A stretch of 30,926 nt of DNA from an uncultured Gammaproteobacteria bacterium (GCA_903897205.1 CAIUAS010000218.1:1-30926), one strand, 5' to 3'; shown: positions 18,141-30,826, counted from the first letter of the stretch. Program-made: numbers and translations. The notes: a model not told the origin generated them from the sequence alone.

Positions 18141-19694
18141 ATGACAACTCAAATGCAAATTAGCCCAGCAGAAATTAGCGAGCTTATTAAGCAGCAAATT
18201 TTAAATTTTAATGCAAAGTCTGAAACCCGTACGGAAGGAACTATCGTTAGCATTAAAGATGGTATCGTTCGTATTCATGGTCTTGGCGATGTCATGCTAG
18301 GAGAAATGATTGAATTTACTGGCGGCAGTTATGGGCTTGCATTAAATCTTGAACGCGATTCAGTCGGTGCGGTTGTATTAGGTCCTTATGGCCACTTAAC
18401 AGAAGGTCAAGTTGCTAAATGCACGGGCCGAATCCTGGAAGTACCCGTCGGCGAAGCTTTATTAGGACGTGTGGTGAATGCTTTAGGTCAACCTATTGAT
18501 GGTAAAGAACCTATTGTTACAGCAACTACTTCACCTGTTGAAAAAGTAGCGCCTGGCGTAATCTGGCGCCAATCGGTTTCACAACCGCTGCAAACAGGCA
18601 TAAAAGCTATTGATACCATGACGCCGATTGGCCGTGGTCAGCGCGAATTAATTATTGGAGATCGCCAAACGGGTAAAACTGCCATTGCTGTCGATGCCAT
18701 TATTAACCAGCGTAATACGGGTGTTAAATGTATTTATGTTGCGATTGGCCAGAAAGCTTCTTCTATTGCTGCAATAGTGCGCAAATTAGAAGAGCACGAT
18801 GCGATGAAACACACTATTATTGTGGCTGCGAGCGCTTCTGATTCTGCAGCATTACAGTTTATTGCCCCTTATGCGGGCTGCGCTATGGGTGAATATTTCC
18901 GCGATAACGGTGAAGATGCCTTAATTATTTATGACGATTTAACTAAACAAGCGTGGGCTTATCGCCAGATTTCATTATTATTACGCCGTCCTCCTGGCCG
19001 TGAAGCCTATCCAGGTGATATTTTCTATTTGCATTCACGTTTATTAGAACGTTCGGCGCGCGTTGATGCAAAATATGTTGAAAATGCAACACAAGGTAAA
19101 GTAAAAGGCCGTACCGGTTCATTAACAGCATTGCCTATCATTGAAACCCAAGCAGGCGATGTATCGGCTTTCGTTCCAACCAATGTTATTTCTATTACAG
19201 ACGGACAGATATTTTTAGAAACCGATTTATTTAATGCAGGTATCCGGCCCGCTATTAACGCAGGTTTGTCAGTGTCTCGTGTCGGTGGCGCAGCACAAAC
19301 AAAAATTATTAGGCGTTTAGTAGGTGGTATTCGTGTTGGTCTTGCGCAATATCGTGAATTAGCCGCTTTTTCCCAATTTATGTCTGATTTAGATGAAGCT
19401 ACTCGTAAGCAATTAGAACGAGGCCAGCGTACCACTGAAATTTTAAAACAAAAACAATATGCGCCGATGAGTGTTGCAGAAATGGCAGTAAGTATGTTTG
19501 CGGTTGACCGTGGCTATTTAGATAATGTTGAATTAAATAGAGTCATTGCGTTTGAGCAAGAATTGCAAGCTTATATGCGAGCTCATGAACGTGATTTATT
19601 AAGCAAGATCAATGAAACGGGTGATTATAACGATACCATTGCCAGTGAACTAAGTGCAGCAATCGAAAAGTTTAAAGCAACTCACACGTGGTAG
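18141..19694 (+). CDS. atpA: F1 subunit alpha
   Basis: [38 protein letters not shown]. Start uncertain among ATGs 18135, 18141 and 18153. Confidence 0.97.
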   Translation: MTTQMQISPAEISELIKQQILNFNAKSETRTEGTIVSIKDGIVRIHGLGDVMLGEMIEFTGGSYGLALNLERDSVGAVVLGPYGHLTEGQVAKCTGRILEVPVGEALLGRVVNALGQPIDGKEPIVTATTSPVEKVAPGVIWRQSVSQPLQTGIKAIDTMTPIGRGQRELIIGDRQTGKTAIAVDAIINQRNTGVKCIYVAIGQKASSIAAIVRKLEEHDAMKHTIIVAASASDSAALQFIAPYAGCAMGEYFRDNGEDALIIYDDLTKQAWAYRQISLLLRRPPGREAYPGDIFYLHSRLLERSARVDAKYVENATQGKVKGRTGSLTALPIIETQAGDVSAFVPTNVISITDGQIFLETDLFNAGIRPAINAGLSVSRVGGAAQTKIIRRLVGGIRVGLAQYRELAAFSQFMSDLDEATRKQLERGQRTTEILKQKQYAPMSVAEMAVSMFAVDRGYLDNVELNRVIAFEQELQAYMRAHERDLLSKINETGDYNDTIASELSAAIEKFKATHTW

Positions 19695-19777
19695 AATTAA
19701 ATCCATATTTTAAAACAGAAAACTATTTCCACTACGGAAACAAGTGATCGTTTAGTATCGATTAGAAAGAGAAAAGA

Positions 19778-20638
19778 ATGGCTGTAGCAAAAGAAATACG
19801 AAGCAAAATTAGCAGTATTAAAAGTACGCAGAAAATTACGCGGGCAATGGAAATGATTTCAGCCGGTAAAATGCGTAAAGCCCAAGACCGTATGACATTA
19901 TCGCGTCCTTATGCGATTAAAATTCGCCAGGTAATTAGCCATTTAGCCAGCGCACATCCTGAATATCGTCATCCCTATTTAAATGTACGTGAAAATAAAC
20001 GTGCAGGCTTTATGATTGTGACATCGGATCGTGGCTTGTGTGGCGGCTTAAATTCTAATCTATTAAAAACCGCACTCGTTGAAATGAAAGCATTGCAGCA
20101 AGACGATGTTGAACTTGATTTATGCTTGATTGGTAATAAAGCCGAGGCTTTTTTTAAACGCTATGGCGGCCATATTGCAGCAGAAGCTAATCACTTAGGG
20201 GATGCGCCAAAAGTAGAAGATTTAATTGGCATCGTTAAAGTCATGTTAGACCGCTATGATGCGGGCACTCTAGATAGCCTGTACATTGTTTATAATGAAT
20301 TTGTGAGCACAATGAACCAAAAGCCGCGTGTTTTGCAATTGCTGCCTATTATTGCAACAAAAGAACCCGAGATGGCTCATCATTGGGATTATATTTACGA
20401 ACCTGATGCTAAAGAATTATTAACATTATTATTAAAGCGCTATATTGAATCGCAAGTATATCAAGCAGTAGTAGAAAATATTGCTTGTGAGCAGGCAGCA
20501 CGCATGGTTGCTATGAAAAATGCAACAGAAAATGCGGGTGAACTAATTAGTAATTTACAATTGGCATACAACAAAGCGCGCCAATCAGCTATTACTCAAG
20601 AGCTGGCAGAAATTGTAGCTGGCGCCGCAGCTGTTTAA
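19778..20638 (+). CDS. atpG: F1 subunit gamma
   Basis: [43 protein letters not shown]. Confidence 0.97.
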   Translation: MAVAKEIRSKISSIKSTQKITRAMEMISAGKMRKAQDRMTLSRPYAIKIRQVISHLASAHPEYRHPYLNVRENKRAGFMIVTSDRGLCGGLNSNLLKTALVEMKALQQDDVELDLCLIGNKAEAFFKRYGGHIAAEANHLGDAPKVEDLIGIVKVMLDRYDAGTLDSLYIVYNEFVSTMNQKPRVLQLLPIIATKEPEMAHHWDYIYEPDAKELLTLLLKRYIESQVYQAVVENIACEQAARMVAMKNATENAGELISNLQLAYNKARQSAITQELAEIVAGAAAV

Positions 20639-20708
20639 TCATTTAGAAATATAGTGCATATAATTAATCATTAAAATTTAAGTTGGTTTTTTTAATTAAA
20701 GAGAGTAG

Positions 20709-22091
<1,383 letters not shown>

Positions 22092-22104
22092 AGAATAAAT
22101 TATT

Positions 22105-22557
22105 ATGGCAATGACAATGCATGTCGATATCGTTAGCGCGGAAGCCCAAATTTTTTCGGGCATTGCTGAACATTTAATCGCTACAGGTGTATTAGGCGAA
22201 TTAGGTATTTGGCCACGACATGCACCTTTAGTAACATTGCTCAAACCAGGACAAATTAAAATTGTAAAACCGGGTAATGAAGAAGAAATCTTTTATATTA
22301 AAGGCGGTATATTAGAAGTCCAGCCTCATATTGTCACTGTACTTGCCGATACCGTAATGCGTGCGACCGAATTAGATGAAGCGGCGGCATTAGAAGCTAA
22401 AGAACGCGCGGAGCAAATTTTACAAAAACGCGCTGAATCGGGCGCCGCTCGCCAAGCTGATATTGATTATGCAAAAGCCGCTGCAGAACTTGCTGAAGCA
22501 GTAGCACAGCTTGAAACCATCCGCAAATTAAGAAAGAAACTTAAGATAAAAGAGTAA
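22105..22557 (+). CDS. atpC: F1 subunit epsilon
   Basis: [41 protein letters not shown]. Confidence 0.96.
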   Translation: MAMTMHVDIVSAEAQIFSGIAEHLIATGVLGELGIWPRHAPLVTLLKPGQIKIVKPGNEEEIFYIKGGILEVQPHIVTVLADTVMRATELDEAAALEAKERAEQILQKRAESGAARQADIDYAKAAAELAEAVAQLETIRKLRKKLKIKE

Positions 22558-22654
22558 ATTTTTGTTCTAAGCCATACTTTAAAACGTTTTATTCTTAGAC
22601 TAGGCACAGCGCGCCTTGAGTAACCTTAAATCACTGATCCATCAACAATCTCTT

Positions 22655-24031
22655 ATGTCACTTAATATCGTTATCCTCGCTGCCGGTCAAGGTAAGCGCA
22701 TGCATTCAAAGCTGCCTAAAGTGCTACATCACTTAGCGGGAAAACCTTTGTTAGCTCATATTGTCAATACGGCGCAACAGCTTAATCCCGCAAAAATATT
22801 TATTATTTATGGACACGGGGGCGAGCAAGTACAGGCACAGCTAGGCGATTTACCGGTGCAGTGGATTGAGCAAACTCAACAATTAGGCACAGGACATGCC
22901 TTAAAACAGGCCATGTCCTTTATTCAAAATGATGCACGCGTACTCGTATTATTTGGCGATGTTCCCTTAATTTCAGCGAAGACATTACAAGAATTATTAG
23001 CGATAACACCTAATAATGCGGTGGGTGTATTAACCGCCCAGATGCCAAATCCAGCAGGATTAGGGCGCATCATTCGCAACGCGAAAGGAGAAATGATTGC
23101 GGTAGTTGAAGATAAAGATACCACAGCGCAACAAAAAGAAATTAAAGAAATTAATACTGGTATTTTAACGGCGTCAGCAAGCGATCTAAAACGCTGGTTA
23201 CCAGCACTTAATAATAATAACGCACAAAAAGAATATTATTATCCAGAAGTTATTACCCTGGCTGTCGCAGAAAAAATGCCTGTTTACACCACCCAACTCA
23301 CAGAAATTGAAGAAGGGCAGGGCGTTAATGATCGTATTCAATTAGCTCAATTAGAACGTTATTATCAGCGTCAACAAGCGAATAAATTAATGCTAGCAGG
23401 AGTTACCTTGCTCGATCCAACCCGCTTTGATTTACGTGGCGAAGCGCAAATTGCCAGTGACGTTACCATCGATATCAACGTTATTTTAGCAGGAAAAGTG
23501 ATTATCGGTGCGAACACTTATATTGGCCCTAATACACTATTGCGCAATGTGACGATCGGACAAAATGTAATAATAAAAGCAAATTCCACCATAGAAGATG
23601 CTGTCATTGACGATGCTTGTGAAATAGGCCCGTTTGCTCGAATTCGGCCTGGTACTAAATTAAAAAATAATGTTCACATAGGCAACTTTGTTGAAATAAA
23701 AGAATCAGAAATTGATGAAGGCAGTAAAATTAATCACCTGAGTTATATAGGCGATACCATCATTGGAAAAAAAGTGAATATTGGTGCCGGCACGATTACC
23801 TGTAATTACGATGGCGTCAATAAACATCAAACCATCATTGGCGATAATGCTTTTATTGGCTCCAATTCTTCCCTGATTGCCCCGCTGACTATTGGTGAAA
23901 ATTCAACTGTAGGCGCAGGCTCGACCATTAGGCGCGATACACCCGCAGAATCGCTGGCGCTTGCGCGTGCCGAGCAACGCATTGTCGACAATTGGCAGCG
24001 TCCTAAGAAAAAAAATAACCAAGAAAAATAA
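22655..24031 (+). CDS. glmU: Bifunctional UDP-GlcNAc pyrophosphorylase / glucosamine-1-phosphate acetyltransferase
   Basis: [23 protein letters not shown], hexapeptide repeats, [22 protein letters not shown]. Start moved to ATG 22655. Confidence 0.97.
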   Translation: MSLNIVILAAGQGKRMHSKLPKVLHHLAGKPLLAHIVNTAQQLNPAKIFIIYGHGGEQVQAQLGDLPVQWIEQTQQLGTGHALKQAMSFIQNDARVLVLFGDVPLISAKTLQELLAITPNNAVGVLTAQMPNPAGLGRIIRNAKGEMIAVVEDKDTTAQQKEIKEINTGILTASASDLKRWLPALNNNNAQKEYYYPEVITLAVAEKMPVYTTQLTEIEEGQGVNDRIQLAQLERYYQRQQANKLMLAGVTLLDPTRFDLRGEAQIASDVTIDINVILAGKVIIGANTYIGPNTLLRNVTIGQNVIIKANSTIEDAVIDDACEIGPFARIRPGTKLKNNVHIGNFVEIKESEIDEGSKINHLSYIGDTIIGKKVNIGAGTITCNYDGVNKHQTIIGDNAFIGSNSSLIAPLTIGENSTVGAGSTIRRDTPAESLALARAEQRIVDNWQRPKKKNNQEK

Positions 24032-24046
24032 TTTCCTATTAGATAA

Positions 24047-25063
24047 TTAATAAAGTCGCGCTTGAAATCCCATTAAAGTTAAAGCACCGCCTGAATGAAT
24101 AATTAAAACATTACCAACCAAGTTTTCTTTTTGAATAATATTTTTAGCTTCGAATAATAATTTCGCCGAATAAATTGGATCAGTAAAAAATCCTTCTTCG
24201 CGCGCGATAGTTTTAATAAATTTAAAAAGGTTAGCATTAATAGCGCCGAATGATTTAGCTTGTTTGGGTGTGTATAATTTCAATAAAGTGATCATTAAAT
24301 TTGAGTCTATGTTTTCATTGATTAATTGTTCAAATATAATTTGAAATTGCGCTAACTTATTCAAAAAAGCGCTTTCATCATCAGCCAATAATAAAACATG
24401 TATCTGTATTTTTTTATTTAACCAAGCGAAGGCAAGTATCACAGCAATCGCCGTTAAACCAGTGCCAGCATCAATAAAAACATGTTGAAATTGCTGCTGC
24501 AATTGTTGCTCATTTTTTAAAATGTCTAAGGGCAGTGAGAGCGCGCCCAATAAAGCTTCTGGCATACAAGCGCCTTCTGGAATTATTGTGGCGCAAGCTG
24601 AATGCGTTTGTTGATACTCAGCAATAATCGATTCTATCAAAGGCCAGTTTTTACGTGCAACCCAATGTATTTGTTCGTCTGCGACCAGAATAGAAGTTAA
24701 TAATAAATTACCTTGGCGTGGTTGAGTCGCATCGCCTAATAAAAATAAAATAGGTTTAATCGAATTTTCAATTAGTAATTGGCTGATGCCGAGCACATTA
24801 TTAGAATAAGCCCCACCGATAACAAGCACTGCTTTAACAGAATTTTCTAATAAATAGGGAACCAGCGACGCATATTTGCGAATTTTTGATCCGCTGACGC
24901 CAAAACCTAATTCATCCTCGCGCTTAAGGTAGCTGTTCGCTAATGAAGTATTAAACGAATTTAATGCATGCACCCGTGAATGTAACGAATACGGTGCTAA
25001 TGTCTGCATTTTTTGCTGTAAAAGTTGAATTTTATCCATATTGCCTATTTTGTCTAAAAGCAT
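24047..25063 (-). CDS. PLP-dependent D-cysteine desulfhydrase / ACC-deaminase family protein (DcyD-like)
   Basis: KRED...SGSKIRK (PLP Lys), GGAYSNN, IPEG, DAGTGLT, DPIYSAK, IHSGG. Alternative start ATG 25039. Confidence 0.82.
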   Translation of the reverse strand: MLLDKIGNMDKIQLLQQKMQTLAPYSLHSRVHALNSFNTSLANSYLKREDELGFGVSGSKIRKYASLVPYLLENSVKAVLVIGGAYSNNVLGISQLLIENSIKPILFLLGDATQPRQGNLLLTSILVADEQIHWVARKNWPLIESIIAEYQQTHSACATIIPEGACMPEALLGALSLPLDILKNEQQLQQQFQHVFIDAGTGLTAIAVILAFAWLNKKIQIHVLLLADDESAFLNKLAQFQIIFEQLINENIDSNLMITLLKLYTPKQAKSFGAINANLFKFIKTIAREEGFFTDPIYSAKLLFEAKNIIQKENLVGNVLIIHSGGALTLMGFQARLY

Positions 25064-25078
25064 TAATTATGCTATTTT
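25050..25078 (+). promoter_or_regulatory. Candidate glmS promoter
   Basis: TTGTCT (25050-25055), 17 nt, TATTTT (25073-25078) with a TGn extension. Confidence 0.4.
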
Positions 25079-25115
25079 GCCCTACAAGTTTAAGACATGA
25101 TAGAGAGGTATGCTT

Positions 25116-26951
25116 ATGTGCGGTATCGTCGGAGCAGTGGCACAGCGTGATGTAGCACCCATTTTATTAGAAGGTTTAAAACGCTTAGAATATCGCGGTT
25201 ACGATTCGGCTGGTATGGCCGTTATCGATCCGCAACAACAGATACAGCGTCATCGTGCAGTAGGTAAAGTTAAAGAGCTGGCAGATAGGTTAGCGGCGCA
25301 GCCTTTATATGGTAATACAGGCATCGCTCACACCCGCTGGGCAACGCATGGTAAACCATCCGAACAGAACGCCCATCCGCTTATTTCACACGATGAAGTG
25401 GTAGTTGTGCATAATGGTATTATTGAAAATCACGAGATTTTAAGAGCAAATTTATCAGCCGCCGGTTATCAATTTACTTCAGAAACCGATACCGAAGTAG
25501 TTGCCCATTTACTCCATCAACAACTAACCACAGGCAAAGATTTTTTAACTGCGGTGCAGTATGTTGCTAAAGAATTAGAAGGCGCCTTTGCGCTGGTATT
25601 GATGTATCGCAAAGCGCCTGGCCGCTTAATCGGGTTACGTCGTGGTAGTCCGTTAGTGATTGGAATAGGGATTGGTGAACATTTTTTTGCTTCTGATCAA
25701 TTAGCCTTACTACCCGTTGCGCAAAAATTTATTTATTTGGCTGAGAATGATCTCGCAGACATCACGCGTGAAAAAGTAACTATCTATGATCATGACGGTA
25801 ACATCATTCGCCGCCCCATCCAAACCTCTAGTTTGTCCCATGATGTAGCCGATAAAGGCCATTATCGCCATTTCATGCTAAAAGAAATTTTTGAGCAACC
25901 TGAAGCGATAGCCGCCACGTTACAAGGGCGCATTAGCCGCAAGCAAATATTAACCAATGTATTTGGTGCGCGGGCTGAGGCTTTATTTCCAGCAGTAAAG
26001 CGGATCCACATTGTTGCTTGCGGTACTAGCTATCACGCGGGCATGGTGGGGCGTTATTGGCTAGAAGAAATAGCAGGGATTCCTTGCCAAGTTGAAATTG
26101 CCAGTGAATATCGCTACCGCCATCCAGTCGTAGAAAACAATACGTTATTTATCACGCTATCTCAATCAGGCGAAACCGTCGATACCTTGGCGGCTTTTCG
26201 TGCGGCAAAAACAGCGGGTTATTTATCCACGCTGGTTATTTGTAATGCACCTGAAAGTTCGTTGGTTCGCGAATCCGAATTAGTATTTTTAACGCACGCC
26301 GGCCCTGAAATTGGCGTGGCTTCCACAAAGGCATTTACCACGCAATTAGTAGCATTATTATTACTGACTATTGTGCTGGGTCGTTATAATCAAAAAATAA
26401 AGTTAGAACAGGAGCAAGTTTTTGTTGAATCTTTAGAAAGTCTACCAAAGAAAATTCTACAAACACTCGCCTTGGATAAACCCATTAAAAAATTGGCGGA
26501 TTATTTTAAAGATAAACGCCATAGTTTATTTATTGCACGTGGAATACATTATCCCATCGTATTAGAAGGCGCATTAAAATTAAAAGAAATTTCTTATATT
26601 CATGCAGAAGCTTATCCGGCGGGTGAATTAAAACATGGTGCATTAGCCTTGGTTGATCAAGAAATGCCAGTCATCGCTTTGGCGCCTCACAATGAATTAA
26701 TCGAAAAATTAAAATCCAATTTACAAGAAGTATGTGCACGTGGTGGAGAAGTTATTTTATTTTGTGATGAACAAATCAACATCGAAAATAATGCAGGCAT
26801 GCGGATTATCAAATTGCCGACTGTTGAAAAAATATTATCACCTATTATTCATACGATCCCTTTACAATTATTAGCTTATTATGTTGCTGTTTGTAAAGGT
26901 ACCGATGTTGATCAACCGAGAAATTTAGCAAAATCAGTTACTGTGGAATAA
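25116..26951 (+). CDS. glmS: Glutamine--fructose-6-phosphate aminotransferase
   Basis: Met-Cys start MCGIVG at 25116 (GAGAGG RBS 7 nt upstream), [41 protein letters not shown]. Confidence 0.98.
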   Translation: MCGIVGAVAQRDVAPILLEGLKRLEYRGYDSAGMAVIDPQQQIQRHRAVGKVKELADRLAAQPLYGNTGIAHTRWATHGKPSEQNAHPLISHDEVVVVHNGIIENHEILRANLSAAGYQFTSETDTEVVAHLLHQQLTTGKDFLTAVQYVAKELEGAFALVLMYRKAPGRLIGLRRGSPLVIGIGIGEHFFASDQLALLPVAQKFIYLAENDLADITREKVTIYDHDGNIIRRPIQTSSLSHDVADKGHYRHFMLKEIFEQPEAIAATLQGRISRKQILTNVFGARAEALFPAVKRIHIVACGTSYHAGMVGRYWLEEIAGIPCQVEIASEYRYRHPVVENNTLFITLSQSGETVDTLAAFRAAKTAGYLSTLVICNAPESSLVRESELVFLTHAGPEIGVASTKAFTTQLVALLLLTIVLGRYNQKIKLEQEQVFVESLESLPKKILQTLALDKPIKKLADYFKDKRHSLFIARGIHYPIVLEGALKLKEISYIHAEAYPAGELKHGALALVDQEMPVIALAPHNELIEKLKSNLQEVCARGGEVILFCDEQINIENNAGMRIIKLPTVEKILSPIIHTIPLQLLAYYVAVCKGTDVDQPRNLAKSVTVE

Positions 26952-27041
26952 CTTACTTCTATCAGCATAACGTTATTAAAATCCGCTAAAGTACGATTTC
27001 ATATAAAAGAATTTGGAAAATATTTTTTAGGAGAGATTGAG

Positions 27042-27554
27042 ATGATTAAAACAATTACACCAACCGAATTAAAAAAACAACTTGAGCAAAATAAAGTTTT
27101 GCTTATTGATGTGCGTGAGCCCGCGGAGCATAAATCTGAATGTATCGATGGGGCGTGCTTAATACCATTGGCTGAAATTTCTTGTGAAAAATTACCCTCC
27201 AAATCACGTCCTATAGTTATTCACTGCCGCTCTGGCAAGCGCAGTGAAGCAGCCTGCAAAAAACTATTGGCGCAAGATCCTAATCTTGAAATATATAATT
27301 TAGAAGGCGGAATTATGGCCTGGAAAGAATCTGGTTGTGCCATAAAAAATTTGGGACGGAAGGTGTTGCCTTTAGATCGACAAGTACAATTAACCGCTGG
27401 AGTTTTAATATTTTTAGGCGTTATTTTAGGCGCACTGGTTAGTTCGTGGTTTTATGCCTTGTCAGGTTTCGTGGGGCTTGGGCTTATATTTGCAGGATTA
27501 AGCGGATGGTGTGGTATGGCGAAACTGCTCGCTAAAATGCCCTGGAATCAATAA
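27042..27554 (+). CDS. Rhodanese-domain protein with C-terminal DUF2892 membrane helices (YgaP-like)
   Basis: LIDVREPAEH, active-site HCRSGKRS, LEGGIMAW, then PLDRQVQ...GLIFAGLSGWCGMAKLLAKMPWN. Confidence 0.9.
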   Translation: MIKTITPTELKKQLEQNKVLLIDVREPAEHKSECIDGACLIPLAEISCEKLPSKSRPIVIHCRSGKRSEAACKKLLAQDPNLEIYNLEGGIMAWKESGCAIKNLGRKVLPLDRQVQLTAGVLIFLGVILGALVSSWFYALSGFVGLGLIFAGLSGWCGMAKLLAKMPWNQ

Positions 27555-27595
27555 AAGGAAGGCTTATGCCAAAAAACATTTTAATTAATAATTAT

Positions 27596-27621
27596 AAACT
27601 CGGCCGCTTGCGGCCGAGTTT
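27596..27621. terminator. Bidirectional hairpin between rhodanese and pyk
   Basis: AAACTCGGCC-GCTTGC-GGCCGAGTTT flanked by A/T runs; same arms as 13161-13186. Confidence 0.8.
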
Positions 27622-27627
27622 TTATAT

Positions 27628-29055
27628 TTATTTTAAGGTAACCGGCATAACTTTTAAGGTATTAGTCCCACCATGCATACCCACTTGATCACCAAAACTT
27701 AATAATACCCAATCACCGAGTTTAATAACGCCATGTTGTAAGCACTCATTAATGGCTAATTTATTCAACTCATGTTGATCGCTGGTTTCTATGGTGAAAT
27801 ATAAAGGATAAACACCGCGATAAAGCATCATTTTACGATGAGAAGCAAGATTGCGAGTGAGGGCGTAAATGGGAATGCCTGAGCGTATGCGCGACATCCA
27901 AAGCGGCGTTAAGCCAGATTCGGTTAAGGCAATAATCGCGCTAATATTAAAATGATTAGCGGCATACATGGCTGACATGGCAATTAATTCATCAGGGCGA
28001 TGAAACTGACATTCAACACGATGGCGTGAAATTTGTGTAATAGCTTGTTTTTCTGCACCTAAACAAATGCGTGCCATGGCAGCAATGACTTTAGCAGGAT
28101 GATCGCCGGTCGCTGTTTCAGCTGATAACATCACCGCATCAGTCCCATCAATAACCGCATTGGCAACATCAAAAACTTCAGCGCGTGTCGGGATTGCGTT
28201 ATGGATCATCGTTTCCATCATTTGAGTGGCCGTAATAACAGCTTTATCTAAACTACGACAACGATGAATAATATGTTTTTGTACCGCTGGCAATTCTGCA
28301 TCACCAATCTCAACGCCTAAATCGCCGCGCGCTACCATCACTGCATCGGATGCCCGTATGATATCATCAATTTCATCTACGGCTTCAATGCGCTCAATTT
28401 TAGCAATAAGACCGGCGTGACAATTAAAACCTTGTAATAATCGCCGCGCTTCTAGCATATCGTCGGCACTGCGTGGAAAAGAAATGGCGACATAATCCAC
28501 GCCGATTTCTGCCGCTGTTTTCATGTCAGCAATATCTTTTTCAGTGAGTGCTTTAACAGTTAAACCGCCACCTTGGCGATTAATGCCTTTGTTATTAGAA
28601 AGCTCACCGCCAACAATTACTCGGCAAATAATGCGATTATTTTCAATTTTATCCGCCAGCAGAACTAAGCGGCCATCGTCTAATAACAACATGTCGCCGG
28701 CATGAACATCATTAGGTAGATTTTTATAATCAATCCCTACGCAGTGTTCGTCGCCGGCATCCGTTGCTAGGTTAGCATCCAAAATAAAAGTCGCATTTTC
28801 TTTTAATTCAATTTTACCGTTTTTAAAGCGAGCAATACGGATTTTAGGACCTTGCAGATCAGCCATAATGGCTATTTCTTTATTTGCCGCTTTGGCGCAA
28901 GCACGTGCTAACTGCGCACGCCGTTTATGCTGTTCAGCAGAACCGTGAGAAAAATTTAGGCGTACAACATCGACCCCAGCTGTTACCATTTCTTGAAAAA
29001 TAGCAGGATCATCAGTGGATGGGCCCAGAGTAGCGATAATTTTTGTTCGGCGCAT
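27628..29055 (-). CDS. pyk: Pyruvate kinase (PykA/type II-like)
   Basis: RRTKIIATLGP, RLNFSHG, DLQGPKIR, IAKIER, MVARGDLGVE, TATQMME, DAVMLSAETA. Confidence 0.97.
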   Translation of the reverse strand: MRRTKIIATLGPSTDDPAIFQEMVTAGVDVVRLNFSHGSAEQHKRRAQLARACAKAANKEIAIMADLQGPKIRIARFKNGKIELKENATFILDANLATDAGDEHCVGIDYKNLPNDVHAGDMLLLDDGRLVLLADKIENNRIICRVIVGGELSNNKGINRQGGGLTVKALTEKDIADMKTAAEIGVDYVAISFPRSADDMLEARRLLQGFNCHAGLIAKIERIEAVDEIDDIIRASDAVMVARGDLGVEIGDAELPAVQKHIIHRCRSLDKAVITATQMMETMIHNAIPTRAEVFDVANAVIDGTDAVMLSAETATGDHPAKVIAAMARICLGAEKQAITQISRHRVECQFHRPDELIAMSAMYAANHFNISAIIALTESGLTPLWMSRIRSGIPIYALTRNLASHRKMMLYRGVYPLYFTIETSDQHELNKLAINECLQHGVIKLGDWVLLSFGDQVGMHGGTNTLKVMPVTLK

Positions 29056-29101
29056 AATAATCCCTTCAAGTTTTTATTTTTTGATCAAATAATAGAAATT
29101 A

Positions 29102-29130
29102 AGTGTAACAGTGTAGTCTGTTTGGGGCAA
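29102..29130 (-). promoter_or_regulatory. Internal sigma70-type promoter for pyk
   Basis: Minus strand TTGCCC, 17 nt, TACACT with a TGn extension in the pgk-pyk gap. Confidence 0.5.
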
Positions 29131-29151
29131 TGCAAGTATATTTGATTTAGC

Positions 29152-30327
29152 TTATTTACCGCGCTCTTGTAATATTTTAACAGCTGGCAATTCCTTGCCT
29201 TCGACAAATTCTAAGAAAGCGCCGCCGCCTGTTGAAATATAGGAAATCTGCTTAGCAATAGCATATTTTTCGATAGCGGCTAAAGTATCACCACCGCCAG
29301 CAATTGAAAAGGCGCTACTTTGTGCAATGGTATGCGCTAATGATTCGGTACCCTTTGCAAAAGCATCAAATTCAAATACACCCACAGGACCATTCCATAA
29401 AATGGTGCCGGCCTCTTTTAAAGCGACTGCATATTCTGCTTGTGTGGCGGGGCCAACATCTAAAATCATCTCATTTGCAGCGACGTCCATGGCTTGTTTT
29501 AATAGAGGTTTTGCCGAGGCGGAAAATTCCTGTGCGACAACGACATCGCTAGGCAATAAAATAGTTACTTTTTTTTCTTTAGCTAAATGCCAAAGTGATT
29601 GAGCGGCAGGAATTAAATCTGCTTCATATAATGATTTGCCTATGGGGAAACCTTGAGCTGCTAAAAAAGTATTGGCGATACCGCCGCCCACAATTAATTT
29701 ATCCACTTTATTAATTAAAGCATCTAACACCGTTAATTTAGTAGAAACTTTAGAACCGCCAATAATGGCGACTAAAGGTCGAGCCGGATTTGCCAACGCT
29801 TTTTCTAAAGCAACCAATTCAGCGGCGAGCAGTAAACCGGCACAAGCAAAGGGTGCGAATTGGGCGACGCCCATCGTAGAAGCTTCTGCGCGATGCGCCG
29901 TTGCAAAGGCATCCATAACAAAAACATCAGCTAACGCCGCTATTTTTTTTGCAAGGGTAGGATCGTTTTTTTTCTCGCCTATTTGCATGCGAACATTTTC
30001 ACATAAAGCAATTTCACCGACATTTAATTCAACACCATCTAACCACTGGCTAATAAATTTTACGGGCTTATTTAATAATTGCGATAAACGCTCTGCCACG
30101 GGCGCTAAAGAAAATTCTGCTTTAAATTCACCTTCGGTTGGGCGTCCTAAATGCGAAAGTAAAATAACTTTTGCATTGGCTTCTAAAGCTAATTTAATCG
30201 TCGGTAAGGCCGCTTGTATGCGTGCGTCTGAACTTATTTTTCCGTCTATCATGGGTACATTAAAATCTTCGCGAATTAACACCCGTTTGTTAGTTAAATT
30301 AATATCGGTCATTTTTAAAATTGACAT
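29152..30327 (-). CDS. pgk: Phosphoglycerate kinase
   Basis: [61 protein letters not shown]. Confidence 0.98.
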   Translation of the reverse strand: MSILKMTDINLTNKRVLIREDFNVPMIDGKISSDARIQAALPTIKLALEANAKVILLSHLGRPTEGEFKAEFSLAPVAERLSQLLNKPVKFISQWLDGVELNVGEIALCENVRMQIGEKKNDPTLAKKIAALADVFVMDAFATAHRAEASTMGVAQFAPFACAGLLLAAELVALEKALANPARPLVAIIGGSKVSTKLTVLDALINKVDKLIVGGGIANTFLAAQGFPIGKSLYEADLIPAAQSLWHLAKEKKVTILLPSDVVVAQEFSASAKPLLKQAMDVAANEMILDVGPATQAEYAVALKEAGTILWNGPVGVFEFDAFAKGTESLAHTIAQSSAFSIAGGGDTLAAIEKYAIAKQISYISTGGGAFLEFVEGKELPAVKILQERGK

Positions 30328-30456
30328 ATCGTTATTCCTACAAATATTTTGTTATTACAATGTTACATAACTTAGTTAGAATAGTAGACGAAGCTTTCAG
30401 AAAAAAGCCTACATTAGCTTACGCCCTCAAAGACTATGGTGCAATGCGAAAAATTA

Positions 30457-30485
30457 CTATACTAAAAATTCCGAGTAACTATACT
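30457..30485 (+). promoter_or_regulatory. Two CTATACT boxes (sigmaS-type -10) upstream of the BON gene
   Basis: CTATACT at 30457-30463 and 30479-30485, 22 bp apart. Confidence 0.4.
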
Positions 30486-30508
30486 TGTCTTACCATGAGG
30501 AAAAAATA

Positions 30509-30826
30509 ATGATTATTATCCGCGCTAAAAAACTGATCTTAACTGCTGTTTTAGTGGGTTCAACGGTTTTAGCAGGCTGTGCAAGCACTAGTAAACAAGA
30601 AAGCACAGGTCAATATGTCGATAGTTCCACTATCACTGCAAAAGTTAAAACAAATCTGATTAGCGATCCAGATATTAAAAGCCTACCCATTTCTGTTAAA
30701 ACCTATAAAGGCACTGTCCAACTGAGTGGTTTCGTTGATAATTATGAACAAAAACAAAGAGCCATTGCAGCGGCTAGAAGTGTCCCTGGCGTAACGGCCG
30801 TTACCGATTCACTGGTTGTTAAATAA
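30509..30826 (+). CDS. Single-BON-domain lipoprotein (OsmY-like)
   Basis: GAGG RBS, ATG 30509, lipobox LAGC, BON signature DSSTITAKVK...ISVKTYKGTVQLSGFV...A.SVPGV..V.D.L. Confidence 0.92.
   Translation: MIIIRAKKLILTAVLVGSTVLAGCASTSKQESTGQYVDSSTITAKVKTNLISDPDIKSLPISVKTYKGTVQLSGFVDNYEQKQRAIAAARSVPGVTAVTDSLVVK

Noticed and set aside
24047-25063. Annotation as ACC deaminase (acdS)
   Set aside because: Has Ser at both diagnostic positions instead of Glu (DPxYEGK) and Leu (HLGG).
25084-25104. cTTAA-ac-TT PmrA half-site upstream of the DcyD-like gene
   Set aside because: No second repeat 11 bp upstream; a single half-site is expected by chance in AT-rich DNA.
25064-25115. glmS ribozyme
   Set aside because: The intergenic space is far too short and lacks the conserved core; the ribozyme is mainly Gram-positive.
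30340-30370. HexR-like operator upstream of pgk (TGTT/TACA words)
   Set aside because: Spacing and orientation do not fit the palindromic consensus.
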